This document shows positions 28,650 to 36,357 of a DNA stretch of 64,000 nucleotides, piece by piece. The stretch is from Deltaproteobacteria bacterium (GTDB lineage Bacteria > Myxococcota_A > UBA9160 > SMWR01). Made by a program: the position numbers and the translations under genes. Each line of letters begins with the position of its first letter. Position 1 is the stretch's first letter. Under the pieces are notes generated by a model. That model did no database searches. It saw only the letters and a program-made list of their open reading frames with translations, and was not told the origin of the DNA. The stretch is taken from contig JAQBHB010000078.1 in assembly GCA_032128115.1 (NCBI GenBank), forward strand, positions 32,001 to 96,000. The letters run 5' to 3'.

Positions 28650-30251
28650 TCACTGCGCCGGCCGCCCGCCGGTTCGTGCGACGCGCGCGTCGGCGCTGGC
28701 CTGGATGTTCTCGGTCACGTCCACGAATTCGTAGGGGTGCCGGGCGGTGGAGAAGAAGCTGCGGTCTTCCAGCAGGCCCAGGTCGGTATCGAAGTAGCGA
28801 TCCAGAACCAGGCGAAACGCGTTCACCGGACTGATCCCTGGATACAGGGCGTCGTTGTCACCGCCGGGAAGATGGTAGGCGCTCAGGATCCCCATGGCCT
28901 CCCAGTGGTCGGTGGCGTCCGAATCGTTCCACACCAGGTTGGATCGCGGCCCGTGATCCCCGGTCAAGAGGATGATCGGGGGCTGCGGTGAATTCGCCAG
29001 GATGGCGTCGATGGTCTGGCGCAACTCGCGGTTCAGGAACACCACCTGATCCCGATAGCGCGCCCGATACTGGCGCGGCGTGAGCCCCCCCTCCCCGATC
29101 AACCAGTTGCCGTCGTGGTCGTGGAAGCGCTTGCCCGGATAGCGATTCTCGCCCGCCGGGCCGAATACGAAGGGCGGGTGCGGCGTCTCGATGTGGGCGA
29201 TGGCGAACAGCGGCGATCGCGCCCGCTCGGGAACGCCTCCCAGTTGGTTCAGGGTGAAGCGGATACGCTCGCGGAATACGTCGAAGGCGCGCCGTGCATC
29301 CCTCTCGGATCGCAAGCTGGCCAGCGGAGTGGTGTTGGCCAGCTGGTTCCGGAAGTCGTCGATGGCCTCCGCCGGCCCGAGCACCACGTCGGCCGTCTCG
29401 ATGCGCGCCGCGGGATATCCGGTGGCGAAGGCCACGGTGGTGTAGCCGCGCTCCGTCAGGAAGCGCCGCAGCCAGCTGTTCTCGATCAGGTCGTGCAGCG
29501 GGCGGTGGTCGTCGCTATCGGAACCGAGCTGCTCCACCAGGGCATCCAGATAATCCAGGTTCAGCATCGAAGCCAGCGAGAGGTCCGTCTGGCCGTAGTT
29601 CGACGACGCCCGATCCGCGACCCGGAAGCCCCTGCGACCGAGGAAGTCGACGAATGCGGCGTTGTCGTGGCCGTAGATCGACTCGAGCACGTCGGCACGC
29701 GCGTAGGCGTCCACGATGATCAGATAGATGTCGGGCCGGGGAGCGCCCTCCCGGGCCGTTGGCAGCGCCGGAAGCGGACGGCCCAGGGTGGCGCGCGGCG
29801 CGCCGCGGGACTCGATTGCAGAGCTGGCGATCTGCAGGGCCGGAATGGCCACCAATACGGCGCCCATGACGTTGGCCACCCGGGTGGCGACCGCCAGCCC
29901 CGCGCGCATCCGGATCAGCAACGCGCCCCCCACCAGGCCCGACACCGCCCAGGCGACGGCGAGCGCAAGCCCCCAGCCGTCGGGGGCCGCCAGCCGCACG
30001 AAGCCCGTGGAAACGAACAGGAACGCGGCAAGGCTCACCACGAGCCCGCCGCGCTGCCAATCTGCCATGAACCACCCGAGGGCACTCCAGGCCGTGAGCG
30101 CCACGGCCGCGGCCACCAGCACGGGAATAGCCGCGTCGGCGAGCGCGAAGCGCTCCGTGCCGCGGCTGAAGGCGAAGACCACCGGCTGGATCGCGAACAG
30201 CAGCGGGTGCAGAACGATCGGACTACTTCGGAGATCCATCGGGGGGCTCAT
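28650..30251 (-). CDS. Membrane-anchored sulfatase/alkaline-phosphatase-superfamily protein
   Basis: N-terminal TMs; PDIYLIIVDAYAR, SNYGQT, HIETPHPPF, LTGDHG. Confidence 0.8.
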   Translation of the reverse strand: MSPPMDLRSSPIVLHPLLFAIQPVVFAFSRGTERFALADAAIPVLVAAAVALTAWSALGWFMADWQRGGLVVSLAAFLFVSTGFVRLAAPDGWGLALAVAWAVSGLVGGALLIRMRAGLAVATRVANVMGAVLVAIPALQIASSAIESRGAPRATLGRPLPALPTAREGAPRPDIYLIIVDAYARADVLESIYGHDNAAFVDFLGRRGFRVADRASSNYGQTDLSLASMLNLDYLDALVEQLGSDSDDHRPLHDLIENSWLRRFLTERGYTTVAFATGYPAARIETADVVLGPAEAIDDFRNQLANTTPLASLRSERDARRAFDVFRERIRFTLNQLGGVPERARSPLFAIAHIETPHPPFVFGPAGENRYPGKRFHDHDGNWLIGEGGLTPRQYRARYRDQVVFLNRELRQTIDAILANSPQPPIILLTGDHGPRSNLVWNDSDATDHWEAMGILSAYHLPGGDNDALYPGISPVNAFRLVLDRYFDTDLGLLEDRSFFSTARHPYEFVDVTENIQASADARVARTGGRPAQ

Positions 30252-32019
30252 ACAAGATGTAGAAGGGGGGAACGGGAGTCTTCGTCCACCCGTGCCGAGT
30301 GAGCTCTTCGGCAGCGTACGCGAAGGAACCGGCCGTGAGCCAGCGCGTATCTGCCAGGCGGGCGTCGAAGTGGCCGGATCTCTTCGCGACGGGGGAAGGC
30401 GGCATCACCGGGAGACGGTCGTGCACCCCCACAAGGACCCCGCAGGCTTCGTAACGCTCCACCAGCTGGAGCAGCCGATCCACGTGCCGGGTGTCCTGCG
30501 CGTAGCTGCGGGGGGGATCGCGAAGACCATCCGGGCGGAGCGCCAGATGAGCGGCCAGAGCCCACTGGGTGGCCGAGTCGCCCAGGATGCGACAGGACCT
30601 CCCGAACTGGCGATGCTCTTGCAGCCACCGGGCCGTTTCGTCCAGGAACAACAGTTCCCGTTCCTCGGGCGCCCGATGGAACGCGAACCAGCCGCGCCCC
30701 CGCCAGGGATACGATGCGGGGATGGCGAAGACCAGCACCGCCAGGCCAGCGGCCGCGAGCCCGATCCAGCGCTCGCGCGATCGACCCAGAGCACGGGCGA
30801 TCCCGATGCCGAGATCGCGGATGCCCACCACCAACATGAAGCTCAATGGGAAGGCATAGAGAATGCGATACGACACGCTCCCGGTCCGGATCATGGCCGC
30901 GAAGGCAAGCGCGGTCGGGGGAAACAGCAGAAACAGGGTGGGCATCAGGGTCAGCGCAGCCAGCCGCGGATGACGCCTTCGCAGCCACACCGCAAGGCCC
31001 AGCGACAGGAGCCCGTGCAGACCGTAGGTCTCGAGAAACGTGTGTCGTTGCCAGACGGCGAATCCACCGACGTACGACACCTGCGACCAGAACACGTGAT
31101 CGTAGAGGTGGGGCGCGAAACGCCTGGCGAATCCCCCGGCCGCCAGGCACAACAGCACGATTCCCAGCAGCCTGCGGTTCGCCGCGGGCCGGGCGGTGGG
31201 CGCCAGCGCCCGATACCAGGCGACTCCCAGCAGCGACCCCATGCCGATGAGGCTGAAGAGCACCTCCTGCTCGTGATTGGCCCAGGCGAGCGTCAGCAAC
31301 GGGGGTATCGCGGCCGCCGCGCGAGCATTTCCGCGGTCGAGAAAATCGATCCCGCACACCAGGATGCGCAGGAACGCGGCGTAGGCCAGGGGAGTCGACG
31401 AAAGCGCGTAGTAGCGCATCCCGAACACGTTGGTGCCGAAGAGCAATACGAAGCCAACCACCTGCAGCATCGAAAGGGCCCGGTCGAATCCCAGGCGACG
31501 CGACAGCGCATAGACCTGGGAGGCGACGAGCATCTGCCAGAAGGCGGCGTAGAAATCGAGAGCCACCCGACGGCCTTCGATCGGCAGCCACTTCACCAGC
31601 GTGTAGCCCCAGAAGTAGGCGAACTTGTGGCGTTGCGGTCCGTCGGCCACGAAATCGGTGGCGGACCACTGGAACAGTCGCCGCAGGTGTTCCCAGGGAT
31701 CCGCCGGATATTCCAGATAGGCGCCCGGCAGCAGGAAGATCCCCAGGAGGATCGACCAGAACACCAGATCCGGGAGTCGCAAGCGATGGCGTTGGGTGGC
31801 CGCATAGACCGTGAACAGTCCGAGATTCACGGCGTGCAGCGCGACGAAGAGCCCCGTCAGGATTCGAACGGGGATGCCCGCGACCCAGGCGAACGCGTAG
31901 AGCGCCAGGTAGGGCAGGAAGAAGAAGCACCCGTTTCCGAACGACAGTTCGGCGAGGGCGACCAGCGCGCGCACCCCGCGAGGATAGCGGCGCGCGAGGC
32001 CGGGCAGGGATGCCGTCAG
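30223..32019 (-). CDS. Polytopic membrane protein, possibly GT-C-fold glycosyltransferase
   Basis: About 600 aa with many TMs and YLEYPADPWEH after the N-terminal TMs. Probable CTG start overlapping the upstream TGA; GTG 31974 is an alternative. Confidence 0.6.
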   Translation of the reverse strand: MTASLPGLARRYPRGVRALVALAELSFGNGCFFFLPYLALYAFAWVAGIPVRILTGLFVALHAVNLGLFTVYAATQRHRLRLPDLVFWSILLGIFLLPGAYLEYPADPWEHLRRLFQWSATDFVADGPQRHKFAYFWGYTLVKWLPIEGRRVALDFYAAFWQMLVASQVYALSRRLGFDRALSMLQVVGFVLLFGTNVFGMRYYALSSTPLAYAAFLRILVCGIDFLDRGNARAAAAIPPLLTLAWANHEQEVLFSLIGMGSLLGVAWYRALAPTARPAANRRLLGIVLLCLAAGGFARRFAPHLYDHVFWSQVSYVGGFAVWQRHTFLETYGLHGLLSLGLAVWLRRRHPRLAALTLMPTLFLLFPPTALAFAAMIRTGSVSYRILYAFPLSFMLVVGIRDLGIGIARALGRSRERWIGLAAAGLAVLVFAIPASYPWRGRGWFAFHRAPEERELLFLDETARWLQEHRQFGRSCRILGDSATQWALAAHLALRPDGLRDPPRSYAQDTRHVDRLLQLVERYEACGVLVGVHDRLPVMPPSPVAKRSGHFDARLADTRWLTAGSFAYAAEELTRHGWTKTPVPPFYILYEPPDGSPK

Positions 32020-32489
32020 GGATACTCCGGATGAACGGTGATCTGCACGCACGCGATATTCGAGGCCAGCTCGGCGAACTGCTCCTCGCTGAGTGAGTCA
32101 CCCTTCTGGTATTCGATGCCGAACTGACCGGCCATCCAGGGCAGGCGCCGCAGGGTTCGTTCGGCCTTCTGGCGGAACTCCGGAGTATGGGTGGGGATCA
32201 CCTGAGCCGTAGCGCTTCGGGTGCAACCGCGCAGCCGGAGCTCGACGGGGCCGGGTTCGCGGTAGTTCTTCCACCACTGCTTTCGGGCCGCGTAGGACAC
32301 CATCACGGTCAGCACGTCGCCGTCGCGCTGGTAGCCCACCGGGATCGTGAAGCGTCGACCCGAATGCCGACCGGTGAAGGTGAGCAGCATCAGGCCGCCG
32401 CTGGCGAGCCCGTGCAGGGGCGAGCGCAACACGAGCGCAACCAGCGGATTCAGGCGCGAGAAGATCGAGTCGAGCGAAACAGGGGGCAT
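32016..32489 (-). CDS. Deazaflavin (F420)-dependent nitroreductase/quinone reductase family protein
   Basis: NPLV..VLRSPLH, LMLLTFTGRHSGRRFTIPV, WWKNY. Confidence 0.8.
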   Translation of the reverse strand: MPPVSLDSIFSRLNPLVALVLRSPLHGLASGGLMLLTFTGRHSGRRFTIPVGYQRDGDVLTVMVSYAARKQWWKNYREPGPVELRLRGCTRSATAQVIPTHTPEFRQKAERTLRRLPWMAGQFGIEYQKGDSLSEEQFAELASNIACVQITVHPEYP

Positions 32490-32541
32490 CGCGTGCCGCC
32501 CATGCTAATGGAAGGAAGGGCGTTCGCCCAAGGGATCGCGG

Positions 32542-32856
32542 TCAGACCCGGATCTCGAGAATCCCGTTTTCGACGCGCACCGGGTAGGTGGCCACCGGCG
32601 ACCCGAAGCGCAGGCACTCGCCGGTCTTCACGTCGAACTCCCAGAAGTGGAGGGGACACACCAGGCAGCCGTTCCGGATGCGGCCGTAGCCGAGGCTCGC
32701 TCCGGCGTGGGGGCAGGCGTCGTCCACGGCGAAGAAGGCCCCTCGCGCGCGCCCCACCGCCAGGGTGCGATCGCCGACCTTCACTACCCGCACCCGGTCG
32801 GGTGCAAACTGGGAGGCGGCGCCCACCGGATGCCAGCATTCGTCTTCGCATTCCAT
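32542..32856 (-). CDS. Rieske [2Fe-2S] ferredoxin
   Basis: CPHAG...CPLHFWEFD..TG motifs. Confidence 0.9.
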   Translation of the reverse strand: MECEDECWHPVGAASQFAPDRVRVVKVGDRTLAVGRARGAFFAVDDACPHAGASLGYGRIRNGCLVCPLHFWEFDVKTGECLRFGSPVATYPVRVENGILEIRV

Positions 32857-32918
32857 GGCTTCCGAAACGGCAAAACGAGCCGAGAGGTTGAGAAGCGCAG
32901 GGAACCAACGTGGGGTCG

Positions 32919-33476
32919 TCAATCGTTCGCGAGACCCAGCTCCTCGAGTGCGCGCACGAGATCCGGGCCGTGACTCGCAGGCTCCACGTCCTTGTCGATG
33001 CGGCGGACCACGCCATCGCCGTCGATGAAGAAGGTCCACCTCATCGTGTACTTGCCGTTCGGCGCCAGCACACCGTAGGCCCGGGCAGTGTCCACATCGG
33101 CGGTGAGCAGCGGAAACGCCGCACCGATCGACGCCGCAAACTCCCGATTCCGCTCGGGCGGATCCAGACTCAGCATGAAATAGGCCGCGCCGGTGGCGGC
33201 AAGCGGCTTCTCGCTGTCCCGCAGCGAGGTGAGCTCGGCCGTTCAGCCCGGGGTAAAGGCCTTCGGAAAGAAGGCCAGCACGATGCCACGGCTTCCGCCC
33301 TGGTTCAGCAGGTCGGCGAGCCGGTAGCGGCGCCCATCGGAACCGGCCAGGGAGAAGGCGGGGGCCCGGTCTCCAACGGCCAGTTCCGCCGTTGCCGCCG
33401 CCGTTGCCGCCGCCATTGCCGGCGACGCCAGCGCGAACACGAGCGACGCCGCCCACAGGGTTCGCAGGGTTTTCAT
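32919..33476 (-). CDS. Exported PrxQ/BCP-type peroxiredoxin selenoprotein (UGA 33243-33245 = peroxidatic Sec), about 185 aa
   Basis: Track ORFs 33243..33482 and 32919..33176 are in one frame, joined by FFPKAFTPG-TGA-TAELTSLRD, matching the Prx PxxxTxxC motif. Conserved Arg in MRWTFFID; signal peptide; SECIS-like hairpin. Confidence 0.9.
33210..33228 (-). promoter_or_regulatory. Putative bacterial SECIS hairpin of the peroxiredoxin
   Basis: CUCGCUG-CGGGA-CAGCGAG: perfect 7-bp stem, 5-nt loop with G at position 2, and 21 nt between the UGA and the loop. Confidence 0.75.
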
Positions 33477-33531
33477 CGACATCCATTATACCCGCCTGGG
33501 TTATGATGCCCGCGCCATCCAGGAGGAAGCC

Positions 33532-34389
33532 ATGAGCGATTCCCAGCGTCTCTCGGATCCCAAGCCTCTTTTGAACAAGACGGCTCTTTTGAACAAGACG
33601 GCCGTGGTGACCGGCGCGTCCAGCGGCATCGGACGCGCCATCGGCGAAACACTCGGCGCCGCCGGCGCGCACGTCTACCTGACCGGGCGCACCCAGGCGA
33701 GCCTTGCGGCCTCAGCCAAGACCATCGGCGAGAGCGGCGGCGAAGCGAGCTTCGAGGCCTTCGATGTGCGCGAGAGCGGCAGACTGGAAGACTTCATCCA
33801 GCGCGCCCAGCGCGAAACCGGTGGCCTGCATGTGATGGTGAACAACGCCGGCCTCTCCCACCCGGGCAACATCGTCGACGGCAACCCGGCGCACTGGAGC
33901 GAAATGCTCGACGTGAACGTGCTCGCCCTGCTGGTGGGTACGCGCGCCGCCATCCGAGCCATGCGCGCCTCGAACTCCTCGGGCCACGTGGTGAACGTCT
34001 CGTCCATTGCCGGAAGCCTGGAGGGACGCGGCGTGTACGGCGCGACCAAGGCCGCCGTCGACAATCTGGCCAGCAGCCTCTACCAGGAGCTGGGCGATGA
34101 TCCCATCCGGATCGTGAACATCCGCCCGGGCGCCGTGGCTACGAGCTTCGCTCGCAATTACGACCCGGCGTTCGTGAAGGGAGTGGCGAAGAGCATGGGC
34201 CTCGACGTCGACGTGAAGCCGGGCGAGCAGTGGCCCGACGAGCTGGTGACCAGGGTGGAGGCGGCGGCCCGCAAGACCTTCGTCGCTGCCGGCGACGTGG
34301 CACAGGCGGTGCTGTTCGCGGTGACGCAACCGATCCACGTGGACATCGCCGACATCAAGATCCGCCCGGCAAAGCCCCTCTCGTTCTAG
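33532..34389 (+). CDS. SDR family NAD(P)-dependent oxidoreductase
   Basis: TGASSGIG, NNAG, YGATK; AGGAGG SD. Confidence 0.93.
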   Translation: MSDSQRLSDPKPLLNKTALLNKTAVVTGASSGIGRAIGETLGAAGAHVYLTGRTQASLAASAKTIGESGGEASFEAFDVRESGRLEDFIQRAQRETGGLHVMVNNAGLSHPGNIVDGNPAHWSEMLDVNVLALLVGTRAAIRAMRASNSSGHVVNVSSIAGSLEGRGVYGATKAAVDNLASSLYQELGDDPIRIVNIRPGAVATSFARNYDPAFVKGVAKSMGLDVDVKPGEQWPDELVTRVEAAARKTFVAAGDVAQAVLFAVTQPIHVDIADIKIRPAKPLSF

Positions 34390-34440
34390 CCCCTCCGAGA
34401 GCCGGCACGCGTGCTTCCGGGGATTGCGAAGGCCTGATCC

Positions 34441-34992
34441 GTGGCGAATCCCGACTCGAGCGAGCGACGCATCCGGCTCGGCGTGTCGTCATGCCTGCTG
34501 GGCGAGAAGGTGCGCTACGACGGAGGGCACAAGCGCGATCGCTTCTTGAGCGACGGCTTCTTGAGCGACGAGTTGGGCGCCCTCATCGAGTGGGTGCCCG
34601 TGTGTCCCGAAGTCGAAGCGGGGATGGGAGTTCCGCGCCCACCCGTGCGCCTGGTTCGCCGCGGAAACTCGGTGGCGATGCTCGAGGTGGAATCTGGGCG
34701 CGACCACACCCGGACCCTCAAGCGGTTCGCCCTGCGGCGGGTGCGTGAGCTTCGGGCCCTCGACCTGTGCGGCTACGTCCTGAAGAGCGACTCTCCCAGC
34801 TGCGGATTCGAGGGTGTAAAGGTCCATGACGAGAAGGGAGAGTTCCGGCGCGAGGGGGTGGGACTCTACGCTGCGGCCCTTCGGGAGGTCTACCCGCACC
34901 TGCCCGTCGAGGACGAGGGGCGTCTTCACGATCCGGCCGTGCGCGAGAACTTCGTCGCGCGAATCCTCGCCTACCGCGAGCTGCGGGACTAG
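34441..34992 (+). CDS. DUF523 (2-thiouracil desulfurase-like) protein
   Basis: VSSCLLGEKVRYDG, CPEVEAG, LKSDSPSCG. Confidence 0.88.
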   Translation: MANPDSSERRIRLGVSSCLLGEKVRYDGGHKRDRFLSDGFLSDELGALIEWVPVCPEVEAGMGVPRPPVRLVRRGNSVAMLEVESGRDHTRTLKRFALRRVRELRALDLCGYVLKSDSPSCGFEGVKVHDEKGEFRREGVGLYAAALREVYPHLPVEDEGRLHDPAVRENFVARILAYRELRD

Positions 34993-35633
34993 CGGCAGAG
35001 GGACTCGCAGGGCACGCCGTCCCCATCGCCGTCGAGGCTCGCGAGGCCGCACTCGCGGTGGAAGAAGCGCGCCTCCTCACAGCTGGTCATCTCGCCACAG
35101 GTTCGTTTGTCCCGGCAGCGCGGGTCGGTCGAGGTGGATCGTGGCGTGCCTTTGCGCCGGTCTCGTCGCCACACCCAGGGCGCGTCGCGTTGCTCCTCGG
35201 GCAGCGACCAGAGTCCGGCCCGGTTGGCGCGGGCCTCTTCTTCCAGATCGATGATGTCCGTTGAGCGCGCATAGCGAGTGTAGGCCCAGGCGTATCCCTG
35301 GCGCACCATCTCGGAGTTCACGTGCACGCCATCCGCGTATACCTCGCCCACGCTGCGGCCGTAATCGTCGCTGTCGATCACCCGGACCGTCACCGTCCGG
35401 CCATAGGCGAGATCCGACAGCGCCTGCTTCGAACGACTTCCAAAGGGCTGCGCGCGTTCGGGCGCATCGATCTGCGCGAGCCGGATCTTTCGCGTCTCAC
35501 TCCCCACGAGCAGCGTCAGGGTATCGCCGTCGGTGACGCCGACCACGCGACCTTCCAGCGTCTCGCCGAGCGACGGCACCGCGCCCATCGAGCAGGCGAG
35601 CCCGAATGTGATGACCCACGCGGTGCGCCTCAC
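34989..35633 (-). CDS. Exported thermonuclease (SNase-like) with C-terminal Excalibur calcium-binding domain
   Basis: DGDTL, IRLAQIDAPE, DDYGR, GLW; CGEMTSCEEA...LDGDGDGVPCE. GTG overlaps the upstream TGA. Confidence 0.9.
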   Translation of the reverse strand: MRRTAWVITFGLACSMGAVPSLGETLEGRVVGVTDGDTLTLLVGSETRKIRLAQIDAPERAQPFGSRSKQALSDLAYGRTVTVRVIDSDDYGRSVGEVYADGVHVNSEMVRQGYAWAYTRYARSTDIIDLEEEARANRAGLWSLPEEQRDAPWVWRRDRRKGTPRSTSTDPRCRDKRTCGEMTSCEEARFFHRECGLASLDGDGDGVPCESLCR

Positions 35634-36121
35634 CACAGGCTCAATTGCCGAACCCGCTCGTCTACCGCTAGCGGCAATGAGCGCAGCCATTCGACGTAGT
35701 CGGCGGGCAGACCGTGGTAGCGCGCACCGGTGAGGAGCAGGCCCAGATAGCGGCGCGAGGGCTTGCGACCCGGCTGGCCGTGGGCGGAGTGGTACGTGAA
35801 CGCTGGTAGCAATCCTGCCTCGGTCGTCACCTTCACGGGCAGCCGGATGTAGCTACCGCGCGGGACGCCCTCGGTGCGATCCAGGTGATTGCACGCGGCC
35901 GCATCGAGCCGGTACGCCACACCCCAGATCCGCGCGCCCTCCTTCGGGCGCACGTTCGCCACCCCTCGCTCCCCGGGGCCCACCGGCAGGTCGAAGCAGA
36001 GTTCGAAGGCATCCAGCCGACCCGCCCGAGCCTCCTGCGGGCGCATCCCGCGACGCCCGAGAAACGTGCCCGGGTCCAGGTTGCTGCCGTACGCGAAGTA
36101 CCAGAGGTCGGCGGCATCCAC
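35630..36121 (-). CDS. Gamma-glutamylcyclotransferase family protein
   Basis: YFAYGSNL, WGVAY, LDRTEG, PSRRYL...HGLP..Y. Confidence 0.9.
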   Translation of the reverse strand: MDAADLWYFAYGSNLDPGTFLGRRGMRPQEARAGRLDAFELCFDLPVGPGERGVANVRPKEGARIWGVAYRLDAAACNHLDRTEGVPRGSYIRLPVKVTTEAGLLPAFTYHSAHGQPGRKPSRRYLGLLLTGARYHGLPADYVEWLRSLPLAVDERVRQLSLW

Positions 36122-36357
36122 GCTGGCAGTCTATCCCTGCAGAAGACGAGGCCCCTCAACCAGCGGCAACACGACGGCAGGTCGGGCCGTTGGAACCTCA
36201 CGGCTGCGTCGTCCGAAGGCCCTGGCTCTCCAGAAGGCCGGGAGGGGCCACCCCTCTTGTCATGGGATCCCCGTGGGGGCCTCCAGTGTGAATCCCGCTC
36301 GGGTGCGGCCACGCCTGGGTCGATAAGGGTGTGTCGTAACTCACCCAGAGACCTCTC

